DNA of 64,000 bases from Bacteroidota bacterium (GCA_024679565.1 JAIBDD010000009.1:1109-65108); one strand, 5' to 3'; positions 1 to 10,980 are shown, counted from the first letter of the stretch. The notes: a model not told the origin generated them from the sequence alone. Numbers and translations: made by a program.

Positions 1-520
1 TGGTTGAATTTCTTTCGATTTTTGTTCCGCTTGGTATTTCCTTTTCAGAATTGGGGTAACGCTGTTCTAATACAGGTTCGCTGGCAGCGTCTTTTATACC
101 TGCCAATTGTCTTTCAATCTTATTGCCCACACGAATTCCACGATTTTTCAATATTCTTTCAGCTTGAGTGAATGAGGTTTTACCGGCAAGATCTGGCATT
201 TCCACATCAGGAATTTGCTCTGCGTTTAACACCAAATAGATTTTCCGTCCTGACTTAACTTCAAACCCTGATTCCGGAATTTGATCAATGATAGAGAGCA
301 ACGGCACACCGTCTCTAAACACCGTATCGGTAATTTCATAGTTAAATCCACCATTTTCCAAAACTCTAACCGCTTTATCAATTCGGAGTCCTTCTATTTC
401 AGGCACTTTAACAAGGTCTTGACTGTGTTTCGTGTAAATATGAATAAATAGTAAAACACCACCCACCAATACAAGTGTTGTCAATGCTATGAAAACAATA
501 GACCTAAAGGTTTTTTTCAT
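1..520 (-). CDS. PASTA domain-containing protein, partial (N-terminal part; C-terminus lies off the window start)
   Basis: Reverse complement of 520..1 reads MKKTFRSIVFIALTTLVLVGGVLLFIHIYTKHSQDLVKVPEIEGLRIDKAVRVLENGGFNYEITDTVFRDG..., giving a signal/TM segment followed by PASTA-like V-P-x-x-x-G repeats. The frame stays open to position 1. Not in the ORF track because it runs off the edge. Confidence 0.6.
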   Translation of the reverse strand, partial: MKKTFRSIVFIALTTLVLVGGVLLFIHIYTKHSQDLVKVPEIEGLRIDKAVRVLENGGFNYEITDTVFRDGVPLLSIIDQIPESGFEVKSGRKIYLVLNAEQIPDVEMPDLAGKTSFTQAERILKNRGIRVGNKIERQLAGIKDAASEPVLEQRYPNSEKEIPSGTKIERNST

Positions 521-3192
521 ACGGCTAAATTATGTCTTAATCGTTGCTGACCAAAGGTTAATATTTCATCAATAAAATCAAAAGGCTTGTACCCGTTGAT
601 TGCTGCTTGATGGTAAATACATGTTGCCGGCGTCATACCTGGCAAAGAATTAATTTCAATAATGACTACCTCGACCCGTCTATCTTCGAAGATGCGCACA
701 AATGCATCAATACGGCAATACCCTTGTACGTTTAAGCACTTGGCCACTTTTTCAAATTCCTGACGCACAACCTCACTGACGTGCGTGTTTAATTCTTTGT
801 TTTGCGAAAACCGTGCAGGTGTAATATTCTGCCCCTCGCCTGCCAAAAATTTCTCAGCCAACGACAAGATTTCACCTTCGGCCAACGCTTCGGAAGGTTC
901 AAAGATCTCATACACAAGCTCTCCTTCGTCGTATTTGGTTAATAATCCACCTGTAATTTCAAGGAAATTTTGTGCTTCTTCATGATCAATAAACTGCTCC
1001 ACCAAAAAATAATCTTTGGCAGGAAACTCTTCTTTTTCTTGAATTTCTAATGTTTCCTTTTGCGCAGTGCTGATTGTTGAATTCCCTCTAAAAGTGGCTT
1101 CCGCATAGGCTTCAAGTGCTTCTATAGATTTTAATTTCTTTACTGCGCTACTACAGCCCTCGTCTGAGGGTTTCGCAATCAGTGGGAACTTCATCGATTG
1201 AGCCTCTTTCAACACATTATCCTTCTCAGATTCCCAAGAATATTTTTGCACCAACGCCCCATCCGCAACAAGAAATCCATTTTCTCGAAGGATGTTATTG
1301 GTTTTAAACTTGTCTATGGTTGTAGAGGATGATGCAACATCACTACCATTATAAGGCAAGTTTAGCGCATCCAGATGTTTTTGCACCTGACCATCTTCAC
1401 CAGGTCTACCATGTAAAGCGATAAACACAGTTTCGCAGATTGATGTTAGATCGGTATAGGAAATCTTTTGGGGCTCAAACACTGGAGGTGTTTCGGTGTA
1501 CTTTTCTGTTATTGCCTTCGCCTCATTGATAATCTTTGTAATTATTGGGGCATGATGATAGGCCTCCACTTTTGCCTTAATATCGTCTGCATTGTCTTTT
1601 AACATGACATTAATTGGCAACACATAAAGATGATGGTCACCGTCCTTCCCAGTTAAAAATACTGGGATTGGTTGGTATTTGCCCGACGAGGAAAGCTTCT
1701 CAAATATATTTCTACCGCTTTCAACAGAAATATGTCTTTCTGTTGAATAGCCGCCCATTATAATCGCAACGTTTTGTTTGGCGTTTTTTTGTGATGCATT
1801 CTTCACCAACTGCTTGTCAAGACGCTCCAACATCTCTGATTTCATAACCATCGATGGAATCGTATGAATTCTTTCTGCAATTGACGTTCGAATCAAGTAG
1901 GTTAAAAACTGACTGGGATTGAGCCCAATTTCTGCAGCTTGATGAAAGAAAAAAGACGACGGCATCATGCCTGACGTTGTGTTTGGATCATTCAAGAATA
2001 TTTCACCTTCATTGGTGTAAAACCCGTCAATTCTAGCATAAACGTTAAAACCGAAGTCGGTAAAAAGCTGCGAACACGATTGACGAATCTTCTCAATCTC
2101 TACATCTGGCAACTCTATAGGTGTAATCTTGCGAGACAACCCAGGTAGATATTTGGATTTATAATCGAAAAATGCGGTAGACTTTGCTATTTCTGTAGGC
2201 GGTAAAGCAATTACTTTTCCTGATTCGTCTTGAACCACGATACAGCTAAACTCCTTTCCAGAAATCATGCTTTCCACCACCACTTCTAATTCTCCCCTAA
2301 CCGCTTGAAGTCGGATTATGGATTTGGTTTCAAATCCCTTGTTTAAAAATTCAAGTGCAGCTTCTGGATGAAAAATAAGTTGATTGTCCATGATGATTGG
2401 GAATCCTAATGAACTCCTAATATCCGATAGGTCCCGTATAAACTGAACCTGGTCCATTTGACCCCATTCTTCAGCGCGTATTTCTGTTTCAAAAAGGCTG
2501 TTGTTAACGGCTTCTCTAAATATTGAAAAATCCGCTTCTTTGACAATGTTAACGCCAATGGAAGAGCCTTGGTTGGCAGACTTTACAACAAGTGGAAATC
2601 CTACTTGGTCTTTTGCGTTTTCATAAAACCCTCGTGGGTCGTTTGCCCATTGGTCTTTGGTTAAGCGTAAATATTTCGGCCCCGGGTAGCCTTTGTCCAT
2701 CATCCAATCTTTCTGTACGGCTTTGTTCATACCGAGAGCTGAAGGCAGGATTCCTGAACCTGAATAAGGTATTCCATACCATTCGAGCAAGCCTTGAACG
2801 TTACCGTCTTCTCCCCGTTCGCCGTGCAACGCAAGAAATGCAAAATCTATTTGACTGGATAATTTACTTGGTTCGATTACCTCCCCAATTTCCGTAAGCA
2901 TTTTTAAACGGTCGACTTGGGAAAGCTCAATACTTTCAGAGTAGATTTGATAATCGTTAGGTGACGTAGGTAAAAAGGAAACAGGCGGATAAAAATCTCT
3001 TATTGTTCCTCTATAGATATACTGCCACTTTAGTGACACCAGGTTACCAAACTCATCAACAAATATGGCCACTGGTTCAAACAGCTCTTTGTCCAAATTA
3101 TCATACACGGTTCTTCCTCCAGCAAACGAAACTTCTCGTTCACGTGAACTACCTCCGAAAAATATCCCAACTTTAATACGATGTGAACTCAC
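517..3192 (-). CDS. Tandem (duplicated) D-alanine--D-alanine ligase-like ATP-grasp protein, 891 aa
   Basis: Two complete Ddl-like halves. Half 1: KVGIFFGGSSREREVS...LALHGERGEDGNVQGLLE...VKSANQGSSIGVNIV. Half 2: NVAIIMGGYSTERHISVESG...IALHGRPGEDGQVQKHLD...AKPSDEGCSSAVKKL. GTG start. The second half has a diverged glycine-rich loop. Confidence 0.7.
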   Translation of the reverse strand: MSSHRIKVGIFFGGSSREREVSFAGGRTVYDNLDKELFEPVAIFVDEFGNLVSLKWQYIYRGTIRDFYPPVSFLPTSPNDYQIYSESIELSQVDRLKMLTEIGEVIEPSKLSSQIDFAFLALHGERGEDGNVQGLLEWYGIPYSGSGILPSALGMNKAVQKDWMMDKGYPGPKYLRLTKDQWANDPRGFYENAKDQVGFPLVVKSANQGSSIGVNIVKEADFSIFREAVNNSLFETEIRAEEWGQMDQVQFIRDLSDIRSSLGFPIIMDNQLIFHPEAALEFLNKGFETKSIIRLQAVRGELEVVVESMISGKEFSCIVVQDESGKVIALPPTEIAKSTAFFDYKSKYLPGLSRKITPIELPDVEIEKIRQSCSQLFTDFGFNVYARIDGFYTNEGEIFLNDPNTTSGMMPSSFFFHQAAEIGLNPSQFLTYLIRTSIAERIHTIPSMVMKSEMLERLDKQLVKNASQKNAKQNVAIIMGGYSTERHISVESGRNIFEKLSSSGKYQPIPVFLTGKDGDHHLYVLPINVMLKDNADDIKAKVEAYHHAPIITKIINEAKAITEKYTETPPVFEPQKISYTDLTSICETVFIALHGRPGEDGQVQKHLDALNLPYNGSDVASSSTTIDKFKTNNILRENGFLVADGALVQKYSWESEKDNVLKEAQSMKFPLIAKPSDEGCSSAVKKLKSIEALEAYAEATFRGNSTISTAQKETLEIQEKEEFPAKDYFLVEQFIDHEEAQNFLEITGGLLTKYDEGELVYEIFEPSEALAEGEILSLAEKFLAGEGQNITPARFSQNKELNTHVSEVVRQEFEKVAKCLNVQGYCRIDAFVRIFEDRRVEVVIIEINSLPGMTPATCIYHQAAINGYKPFDFIDEILTFGQQRLRHNLAV

Positions 3193-3355
3193 TTATTTAC
3201 GTGTTGTAGGCATTAACTATCGCCTGATTGTCAATTCATTAACTAACAACTGATGTCTTTTGTTGTTTATCAATTCACTTTATCTTGAATTTGATTAAAC
3301 TTGCAGACTTCCTTGTTGGAACAATAATTGAAATCTATCTTAACAAAAACAAGAA

Positions 3356-3919
3356 ATGAAGAATATAGTTATCGCCATTACCATTTGCTTAACAGCTATA
3401 GCCGCAAAGGCTGATGTAAAAGACAGTACAACAGCTAAACAAACATTACCTGCTGTTACTTTAAAGAACACTGAGGGTAAAAATGTTGATGTTTCAGAAT
3501 ATGCAAAGAATGGCAAAATCACGATTATATCTTTTTGGGCTACATGGTGTAAACCTTGTATCAAAGAATTAAGAAACCTTAACGACTTACTTGACGATTG
3601 GATTGAAGATTATAATGTTGAGCTCGTAGCGGTGTCTGTAGACGACAGTAGAAACTCAGCACGGGTAAAACCTTTCTCTGACGGACAAGGATGGGACTTC
3701 GATATATTATTAGATCCAAACGGAGAACTACAAAGAGATTTGAATGTTACCAATCCTCCTGTGACACTTCTTGTTGACCAAAACGGCAAAATCGTATACA
3801 CGCATACAGGATACCTCGAAGGCGATGAACTAGATTTAGAAGACAAAATCATCGAACTACAAGACAACGACAAGGTTGAAGAAGTAGAGCAAGAGGATAC
3901 GGATGTAGACAAAGAATAG
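3356..3919 (+). CDS. TlpA/ResA-like thiol:disulfide oxidoreductase (thioredoxin fold, secreted)
   Basis: N-terminal signal peptide, WCKPC active-site motif, and an acidic C-terminal tail. Confidence 0.75.
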   Translation: MKNIVIAITICLTAIAAKADVKDSTTAKQTLPAVTLKNTEGKNVDVSEYAKNGKITIISFWATWCKPCIKELRNLNDLLDDWIEDYNVELVAVSVDDSRNSARVKPFSDGQGWDFDILLDPNGELQRDLNVTNPPVTLLVDQNGKIVYTHTGYLEGDELDLEDKIIELQDNDKVEEVEQEDTDVDKE

Positions 3920-3934
3920 ATTCCAATGGAATAT

Positions 3935-3967
3935 AAAAAAGGCACGCATTACATCGTGCCTTTTTTT
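3935..3967. terminator. Bidirectional Rho-independent terminator between convergent tlpA-like gene and uvrA
   Basis: A6 (3935-3940), then stem GGCACG (3941-3946), 8-nt loop, CGTGCC (3955-3960), then T7 (3961-3967). Confidence 0.6.
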
Positions 3968-6851
3968 ATGCCTTTTTTAAAGCTGGATTCAAAAACCCAC
4001 CTTCCAATTTAGTTTTTAGAAACTTCCCAGTATGGGTATCGCTTTTTGCCAAGTCTTCAGGTGTTCCTTCAAACACCACTTGTCCACCAGCTTTACCGCC
4101 ATCAGGGCCAAGGTCTATAACCCAATCAGCAGACTTTACAACGTCCAAATTGTGTTCAATGGTGATTACGGTATTGCCACTATCAACCAATGCGTTCAAT
4201 GACTTTAGTAGCTTTTGAATATCGTGGAAGTGCAAGCCTGTAGTTGGCTCATCAAAGATGAACAGGGTATGCGTTTGACTATTATTTTTTCCTAAAAATG
4301 AAGCCAGTTTGATTCTTTGAGCCTCACCACCACTTAAGGTATTAGACGACTGCCCCAAAGAAACGTATCCCAATCCAACATCTTGAAGTGGTTTCAATCG
4401 TTTCAGGATCAACGATACGTCTTTAAAAAAGTCCATTGCGTCATCAACAGTCATGGACAACACATCATGAATGCTTTTACCGTTATACGTAACCTCTAAA
4501 ACTTCCTGCTTAAAACGTTTACCGCCACAAACCTCACAAGGCAAATGCAAGTCTGCCATAAACTGCATTGCTATAACCTCTTCTCCTTCGCCTTTGCAAT
4601 TGTCGCACCTGCCACCCTCAACGTTAAAAGAAAAGATAGAGCCTTTATACCCGCGTTGTTTCGACAACACTTGTTCGGCAAACAGGTCTCGTATGGCATC
4701 GTATGCTTTTACATAAGTAACCGGATTGGAACGTGAAGACTTTCCAATCGGATTTTGATCAATCATTTCAACCGCTTGAATCGTTTTTATATCGCCAACA
4801 ATACCGTCTGATTCGCCTGGTTTGATACCGGCGTATTGATCGAGTGATCTTAACATCAATGGATAAAAAACACCCTTGATTAAACTCGTTTTCCCAGAAC
4901 CAGAAACACCAGTGACAACGGTTAATGCCGACAACGGAATTTTTGTGGTTACCCGTTGTAGATTATTAAACCGGACATTTTTGACTTCAACAAAATTATT
5001 CCACTTACGTCTTTGCTCTGGGATTTTTATCTCTCGCACATTATTCAGGAATTCAGAAGTTAACGTACTTGACGACATCATATCGCTGAACGTACCATTA
5101 AACACGACTTCCCCTCCATTGGTTCCAGCAAAAGGTCCAATGTCTATTAATTCGTCGGCAGAGTTCATGAGTTCTTCATCATGCTCTACCACAACGACTG
5201 TGTTACCAGCCTTTTGCAATTTCTTTAATACCTTTATCAATCGCTCGGTGTCGCGCGAGTGCAAACCGATGCTAGGTTCGTCTAAGATGTATGTTGACCC
5301 AACTAAACTACTTCCAAGAGAAGTTGCTAAATTGATTCGTTGAGATTCTCCTCCAGACAAACTATTCGACAAACGATTTAAGCCGAGATACCCAAGTCCA
5401 ACATCTGACAGAAAGTCTAAACGCGCATATATTTCAGTCAATAATCGACTGGCTATCTTTTGATCTGTTTTACTAAAGCTAAATACTTGAAAAAAAGATT
5501 TTGCTTCATCTACCGTTAAAAGCAATACCTCCGACAAGGATACTTTATTTGGTGTATCTCGTGAATGAAACGGTAGTTCTGTTTCACTAACAATCTTCAC
5601 AAAATTGGAGTCATGCCTTAACCGTGTGCCTTTACAATCAGGGCAGATTGTTCTCCCACGGTATTTCGCGAGCATCACTCGATATTGAATTTTGTATGAA
5701 CTCTCTTGTAAAAACTTCACAAAAACATTGATACCTTCAACATTATCGTCACCTTGCCATAAAAGGTCCTTCTCCGATTCTGACAATTCCAAATAGGGTT
5801 TATGAATGGGGAACTTTTCAGGATCCACATTTTTCATAAAAGCCTTTTTCCATTTACTTAACGATTCACCACGCCAAGGTGCAACAGCTCCTTCAAATAA
5901 AGACAAGCTGCTGTCTGGTATCACTAAAGATTCGTCAATACCTATTATCGTGCCAAAACCTTGACACGTTTTACACGCACCATAAGGGTTATTGAAACTC
6001 AAAAAGTTAATCGTAGGTCGTTCAAATTGCATACCGTCCAATTCAAATAAATTGGAGAACTCAGTTTGCGATGTTGCATCACCTGTTTTAATCTGAATGG
6101 TTAATATTCCTTTACCTTCAAAAAAAGCCGTTTGCACCGAATCACTCAAGCGCTGCAAATACTCCTCATCGGTTTTGGATTCCACTAATACGCGATCAAT
6201 CAAAAGAAACAAGTCTTTACTGCGTACTTTAGTTTCTTTAAAATCTGAAATTTTGACTACTTGGTCTTTATACAGGAGTCTACTGTAGCCTTTTTGTACT
6301 TCTAAATCCAGTACCTCAACCAGCTCCTTTGCATTTTCGAAAGGAATAGAAGTCAGGATATACACCTGATCATCCGGATTGGCCTCGTTTAAAATATGGT
6401 CTACTACATTCTGCGGTGTATGGCACTTCACTTCTCCTCCAGAAATTGGTGAAAACGTTTTTCCTACACGGGTAAATAGTAGTTTTAAGTAATCGTAAAT
6501 CTCTGTTGACGTAGCAACGGTAGATCGCGGGTTACGCGTATTCACCTTTTGTTCAATCGCTACACAAGGCGTTAAACCTTTTATATGATCCACTTCTGGT
6601 TTGTCAAGCTTACCAAGAAACTGCCGTGCATAGGACGATAAACTTTCTACATATCTACGCTGCCCTTCTGCGTACAAGGTGTCAAAAACAAGCGACGACT
6701 TACCAGAGCCACTAACTCCTGTAACAACGGTAAATTTATTTCGCTTAATCTGCACATCAATGTTCTTTAGATTGTGCATCCTCGCCCCAACAATATCTAT
6801 TACTTTTTCAGATTTGTATCTCATGATTTTACTAACAACAAAATAACTCAA
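3966..6851 (-). CDS. uvrA: Excinuclease ABC subunit A
   Basis: 961 aa. Two ABC ATPase modules with Walker [10 protein letters not shown](L) repeated, zinc-finger Cys clusters (CxxC), and LSGGE signature motifs. Confidence 0.95.
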   Translation of the reverse strand: MSYFVVSKIMRYKSEKVIDIVGARMHNLKNIDVQIKRNKFTVVTGVSGSGKSSLVFDTLYAEGQRRYVESLSSYARQFLGKLDKPEVDHIKGLTPCVAIEQKVNTRNPRSTVATSTEIYDYLKLLFTRVGKTFSPISGGEVKCHTPQNVVDHILNEANPDDQVYILTSIPFENAKELVEVLDLEVQKGYSRLLYKDQVVKISDFKETKVRSKDLFLLIDRVLVESKTDEEYLQRLSDSVQTAFFEGKGILTIQIKTGDATSQTEFSNLFELDGMQFERPTINFLSFNNPYGACKTCQGFGTIIGIDESLVIPDSSLSLFEGAVAPWRGESLSKWKKAFMKNVDPEKFPIHKPYLELSESEKDLLWQGDDNVEGINVFVKFLQESSYKIQYRVMLAKYRGRTICPDCKGTRLRHDSNFVKIVSETELPFHSRDTPNKVSLSEVLLLTVDEAKSFFQVFSFSKTDQKIASRLLTEIYARLDFLSDVGLGYLGLNRLSNSLSGGESQRINLATSLGSSLVGSTYILDEPSIGLHSRDTERLIKVLKKLQKAGNTVVVVEHDEELMNSADELIDIGPFAGTNGGEVVFNGTFSDMMSSSTLTSEFLNNVREIKIPEQRRKWNNFVEVKNVRFNNLQRVTTKIPLSALTVVTGVSGSGKTSLIKGVFYPLMLRSLDQYAGIKPGESDGIVGDIKTIQAVEMIDQNPIGKSSRSNPVTYVKAYDAIRDLFAEQVLSKQRGYKGSIFSFNVEGGRCDNCKGEGEEVIAMQFMADLHLPCEVCGGKRFKQEVLEVTYNGKSIHDVLSMTVDDAMDFFKDVSLILKRLKPLQDVGLGYVSLGQSSNTLSGGEAQRIKLASFLGKNNSQTHTLFIFDEPTTGLHFHDIQKLLKSLNALVDSGNTVITIEHNLDVVKSADWVIDLGPDGGKAGGQVVFEGTPEDLAKSDTHTGKFLKTKLEGGFLNPALKKA

Positions 6852-7010
6852 TTGCTTTGTTTTTTAATCTAGATGATTGGAATAATATTTTGAAATTCGA
6901 ATTCAATTCGCTATCTTAGTATTTCATTTAAAGCACAAAAGCCTATACAGTATACCTCTACTCTACAATTTTTATTTACAATCGACTGATTACCAGTCAC
7001 GTAACACATT

Positions 7011-7017
7011 AGGAGGT
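7011..7017 (+). promoter_or_regulatory. Strong Shine-Dalgarno-like AGGAGGT, 4 nt upstream of the ECF sigma ATG
   Basis: Sequence taggaggtatatATG. This is unusual because Bacteroidota genes generally lack SD sequences. Confidence 0.4.
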
Positions 7018-7021
7018 ATAT

Positions 7022-7600
7022 ATGAGCGAACAAATCAAAGACCGTGCTTTAATCAAGCAGTACATTCAAGGTAATGAAGCATGTTTAGAAATGCTTATCA
7101 ATAAGCATAAAAACAAAGTGTTTACTACGATATTATTAATCGTAAACGACACATACATTGCTGAAGACTTATTCCAAGAAACATTTATCAAGGTTATTAA
7201 AACCTTCAAATCTGGGAAGTACAACGAGGAAGGCAAGTTTTTACCATGGGTTGTGCGCATCGCTCGTAATTTGGCTATTGATCATTTCAGAAAATCTAAA
7301 CGTATGCCTACGATAACTTCTCAAGACGGGGAAGATATTTTTAGGACTATCGAAATTGGCGAAAGCAACAGAGAAGAATCATTCATTCAAAACCAACGAG
7401 ATGATACCGTGAGACAAATCATAAACATGTTACCAGCAGAGCAGAAAGAAGTTCTTGTACTACGTCATTATGGTGATATGAGTTTTAAAGAAATTGCAGA
7501 ACTAACTGGGGTAAGTATAAATACCGCACTGGGAAGAATGCGTTATGCTTTAAATAACATGCGAAAAATTATTTCAGAAAAATCAATAACACTGCAATAA
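7022..7600 (+). CDS. RNA polymerase sigma-70 factor, ECF subfamily
   Basis: 192 aa. Region 2 motif (RIARNLAIDHFRK) and region 4 HTH (SFKEIAELTGVSINTALGRMRYA). Confidence 0.85.
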   Translation: MSEQIKDRALIKQYIQGNEACLEMLINKHKNKVFTTILLIVNDTYIAEDLFQETFIKVIKTFKSGKYNEEGKFLPWVVRIARNLAIDHFRKSKRMPTITSQDGEDIFRTIEIGESNREESFIQNQRDDTVRQIINMLPAEQKEVLVLRHYGDMSFKEIAELTGVSINTALGRMRYALNNMRKIISEKSITLQ

Positions 7601-7646
7601 TTGTGTAATGCCGACGTTCATGAGGTAAAGAAACTAATTTCACTTT

Positions 7647-7880
7647 ATGGATTACAGCTCTACTCTAAATTCTCTTATTCAACTTTCATACTCAGAACTC
7701 ACTAATAATGAGCGCTCTATAGTGCTTGATAAAATGTCTGAATCTGATGAACTGTGTGATACCTTTAGTCAAATTGAACAAATTAAATCCGTTCTTGACA
7801 CTGAAAAATATAGTCCCAATCCAACTTCGGTAAAAATAATTTTAGAAGAATCACAACGTTCTGAATTAGAAATGCACTAG
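7647..7880 (+). CDS. Small hypothetical protein downstream of the ECF sigma (77 aa, no TM segment)
   Basis: ORF immediately after the sigma gene, at the position where an anti-sigma would normally sit. No recognisable motif; its end overlaps the stop of the convergent receiver gene. Confidence 0.3.
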   Translation: MDYSSTLNSLIQLSYSELTNNERSIVLDKMSESDELCDTFSQIEQIKSVLDTEKYSPNPTSVKIILEESQRSELEMH

Positions 7881-8248
7881 ACCATTCCTTCGGCCTGTAG
7901 TATTTCAGAAAGTCTTTCTACCACTAGTGGTTTACATATAAATCCGTGAACGATATCATACGTCTCTGATTTTTGTATGTCTTTGTTATTGATTGATGAA
8001 GACAACATATAGACACGTACTTTTTGCTCAAACTTATTATAGGCATCTAGAAAATCCCAGCCATTCATTTTGGGCATATTGATGTCTAGAAATATCATCT
8101 CTGGTTGTGTACCACTATTCTCTTCAAGCATCTTCAAAGCACTCTCGGCAGACGTAAACGCCTGAACAGGAATGTTATCTGCCACAATACTTATTACCCG
8201 AGTGTTGATCAGATTTTGAATCTCATCGTCGTCAATCAAATAAATCAT
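7877..8248 (-). CDS. Stand-alone response regulator receiver domain protein (CheY-like)
   Basis: 123 aa. N-terminal acidic DDD pocket, phospho-acceptor context FLDINMP, conserved K near the C-terminus. Sits 2 bp downstream of the histidine kinase. Confidence 0.85.
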   Translation of the reverse strand: MIYLIDDDEIQNLINTRVISIVADNIPVQAFTSAESALKMLEENSGTQPEMIFLDINMPKMNGWDFLDAYNKFEQKVRVYMLSSSINNKDIQKSETYDIVHGFICKPLVVERLSEILQAEGMV

Positions 8249-8250
8249 TG

Positions 8251-10719
8251 TTACTTACTAAAGTTCTTAAACGTCACAGTAAAAGTAGTACCATCTCCAT
8301 ATTTAGACTCCACTTTAATTTTACCTTTTAATTTGTCCATCGTCTCTTTAACGATATACAACCCAATTCCAGTTCCTTTCGAATTCGAACTAGCTCTATA
8401 AAACAATTCAAAAATTGCCGTAAGGTGCTCTTTTTCTATACCTATACCGTTGTCGGCCACAGTGATTTTTGCTTGTTTAGCATCAGCAACTACATCGATA
8501 TTTAAAAAACAATCTGGCTTCTCTGGGTCCATATATCTAACCGCATTCGAAACGAGATTATTCATAACAACAGAGAGTCGATTTAAATCTGTAACAAACT
8601 TTCCTGGCTGTTTAACCTTGATAGAAATCGCTAACTTTTCTGCATTTTCCGAGAAACGATATTGATCAACAACTTCATTTACAAATTCATCCAGGTTGAT
8701 TTCATCTTTAGACAAGCCTAGACGAGAATTCCGAGAATAGTCAACAATGCTCTTAATAAACTCATCAAGCTTTTCTAAACTCTTCTCTTGAAGGCCTATA
8801 TAATGTGACGCAGTATCAGAAATCTCTTCCATGCGTATAAGCTTAACCAAGCCCATAACGTTGGCAATAGGTGCTCTCAAATCATGCGCAGCACTGTAGA
8901 CAAATTGATCTAACTCCTGGTTTATCTTAATGAGCTCCTCATTTTGCTTTGTTATTTTTCTTTCTGCGGTTTTACGTTCTGTAATGTCTTCGATAATGGT
9001 AACGTTTCCATAATGATTTCCACCATCATCGTACAACGCACTGGAGGCTGTTTGCGCTACAATTCTTTTACCCGATTTAATTTTGTATTCCTTCTCCACC
9101 GAAACATACCGTTTCAAACCTGAAGCAAAGTCTTCTGATATTTGGTCGTTCAGTTTTCTACAGGAAGGAACCAACATATTATTCTCTTTAATGGTTTGCA
9201 TGTCTTCTTCCGTGTAGCCAAACATCTTCGTAAATGATTCGTTGATTTTCACCATGTCTTTTTCGTAGTTGGTATACACTACTGCCAAGCTATTGCTGTC
9301 AAACATGGTACGGTATCGCTCTTCACTTTCACGTAAGGCTTTTACAGAGTCCTTTAGGTCTGTTATGTCTTGAATCCCATACAACAAATCTCCCTTCCCT
9401 CCTATATCGGTGAAATGAACATTTATATTCAGATTCCGCATCTCGCCATAATTGTTTTTAATCAAAACTTCGCAAGTAAAGCTATCAAGCTTATTCTTAA
9501 TGGCTCCAAATAATTTCGCAGCCAAATCCTCAATTCCTTCATGAATATATCGCAATGGCTCAAAATCTGCTGGGTCCATATCATGCGCTAAACCAAAGAT
9601 ATCCCCCGCCTTAATGTTAAAACGAGTAACCAAACCAATATCCTCTTTATGTTCTTGTATTACTTTGTTGAAGTCATAATTGGCCGCAATCACAGATTTT
9701 ATTAGGTTAGGTGCGCTCACTTCAACCCAACCAATAGAATCACTATTAAAGAAATGCTTATACCGCCGTTCTTGGTCAAGCATCTTATTTTCTGACTCGA
9801 CTTCGTCGGTAATATTTTGGGCATAGATGATAATTCCACCAATAGTTGCTTCATCCACATACCAGGGCTTCACATCCCATCTGCACCACGCCGGATTTCC
9901 GTTTTCGTCTGTGAATTGGTCACGTTTCATACTTGACGGACTCCCTTTAAGCGCTTGCTTATGCTGCAATTTCCAACGTAATGGCGTCTGCGGGTTTAAC
10001 TCATAATGGTTTCTACCGATAATGTCTCTACCGTACTTAGTTGGAAAAGTTTCAATCCATTCGTCGGCAACAAACAAATAATTCATATTGTTGTCGAGCA
10101 TGGCCACGGGCATGGGGCTATCCCTAACAAAAGCACGTAAATAATTCTCTTGTTGCTCTCGTATGGCTTGATTTATATTGCTCTCAAACTTTAATTCATT
10201 TTCTTCAACTTTTTTCGACACATCATGTTTCAGTGAGATATCAATCACACTGCTTCTGATGAATGTTCCGTTTTGTGTAGGTAGTTTAAAAACACTCACT
10301 TCACAAGGCAATAGGGTGCCATTCTTCTGTCGTATCTGCCATTCAAACACAACACGTTTATTGGCCTGAACACATTGTTTTAAATGACTTGTTGCCACTT
10401 CAGTGGCGTCTTTACCATCTTGCATCGAACCAGGACTCAAATTTCCTAGCTCTAATGTTTTAAGCTCCTCAAGCGAATAGCCAAACAAAGCTTCCGCTTT
10501 ATCATTACCCGCAACGTACTTCTTTCGATCAAAATCTAGAATCAATACGGCTTGTGGCGAATTTTCTAAAACAGACCCGATTAGTTTTAAATCCGCATTA
10601 TTTATGGAAGGCGACCCTTCAACAGCATGCTTGGCACGCTGCATGATTAATGCTGTGGTCGAAGGAATTGAAACCATACAGAAGGGTTTGCCATTCAACC
10701 TCAATGTGCGGAATTCCAT
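8251..10719 (-). CDS. Multi-PAS sensor histidine kinase
   Basis: 822 aa. Several PAS/PAC-like blocks, HisKA H-box AAHDLRAPIANV, and HATPase_c G-boxes (DNGIGI, GTGIGL). Confidence 0.9.
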   Translation of the reverse strand: MEFRTLRLNGKPFCMVSIPSTTALIMQRAKHAVEGSPSINNADLKLIGSVLENSPQAVLILDFDRKKYVAGNDKAEALFGYSLEELKTLELGNLSPGSMQDGKDATEVATSHLKQCVQANKRVVFEWQIRQKNGTLLPCEVSVFKLPTQNGTFIRSSVIDISLKHDVSKKVEENELKFESNINQAIREQQENYLRAFVRDSPMPVAMLDNNMNYLFVADEWIETFPTKYGRDIIGRNHYELNPQTPLRWKLQHKQALKGSPSSMKRDQFTDENGNPAWCRWDVKPWYVDEATIGGIIIYAQNITDEVESENKMLDQERRYKHFFNSDSIGWVEVSAPNLIKSVIAANYDFNKVIQEHKEDIGLVTRFNIKAGDIFGLAHDMDPADFEPLRYIHEGIEDLAAKLFGAIKNKLDSFTCEVLIKNNYGEMRNLNINVHFTDIGGKGDLLYGIQDITDLKDSVKALRESEERYRTMFDSNSLAVVYTNYEKDMVKINESFTKMFGYTEEDMQTIKENNMLVPSCRKLNDQISEDFASGLKRYVSVEKEYKIKSGKRIVAQTASSALYDDGGNHYGNVTIIEDITERKTAERKITKQNEELIKINQELDQFVYSAAHDLRAPIANVMGLVKLIRMEEISDTASHYIGLQEKSLEKLDEFIKSIVDYSRNSRLGLSKDEINLDEFVNEVVDQYRFSENAEKLAISIKVKQPGKFVTDLNRLSVVMNNLVSNAVRYMDPEKPDCFLNIDVVADAKQAKITVADNGIGIEKEHLTAIFELFYRASSNSKGTGIGLYIVKETMDKLKGKIKVESKYGDGTTFTVTFKNFSK

Positions 10720-10758
10720 TCCAGTGCTTTTATCGTAAATAAATTCGTCTGTTTCTGA

Positions 10759-10980
10759 CTAAAACACAGTCTGACAGTGATTATCCCAATTTACTTTAAC
10801 GTCTTCAATAGCTAGAAATTCGTCGTACGCATTTCCAAACTGCTGTGTATATGAAGTATTTTGATAAACAGGATCTCGATCGGGATCAATGACAATAATG
10901 GCGTTCGGATTGGTGTCAAACAGCGAACAATACTGCCTAACATTCTCAATCGTCTCAACATTTGGTTGATAGAGACTCAT
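10759..10980 (-). CDS. Short PAS-like fragment ORF immediately upstream of the histidine kinase. It may be a split or frameshifted N-terminus, or a separate small sensor domain
   Basis: 73 aa, 40 bp upstream of the kinase start on the same strand. Sequence resembles the start of a PAS domain (NPNAIIVIDPDRDPVYQN). Confidence 0.3.
   Translation of the reverse strand: MSLYQPNVETIENVRQYCSLFDTNPNAIIVIDPDRDPVYQNTSYTQQFGNAYDEFLAIEDVKVNWDNHCQTVF

Noticed and set aside
4876-5343. 155-aa plus-strand ORF inside uvrA
   Set aside because: It lies entirely antisense to a conserved gene and is low-complexity with no motif, so it is a spurious shadow ORF. The same reasoning applies to other antisense ORFs: 785-985, 2592-2897, 15511-16032, 31548-31904, 46518-47060, 48185-48538, 57152-57592, 57602-57973 and 61224-61577.
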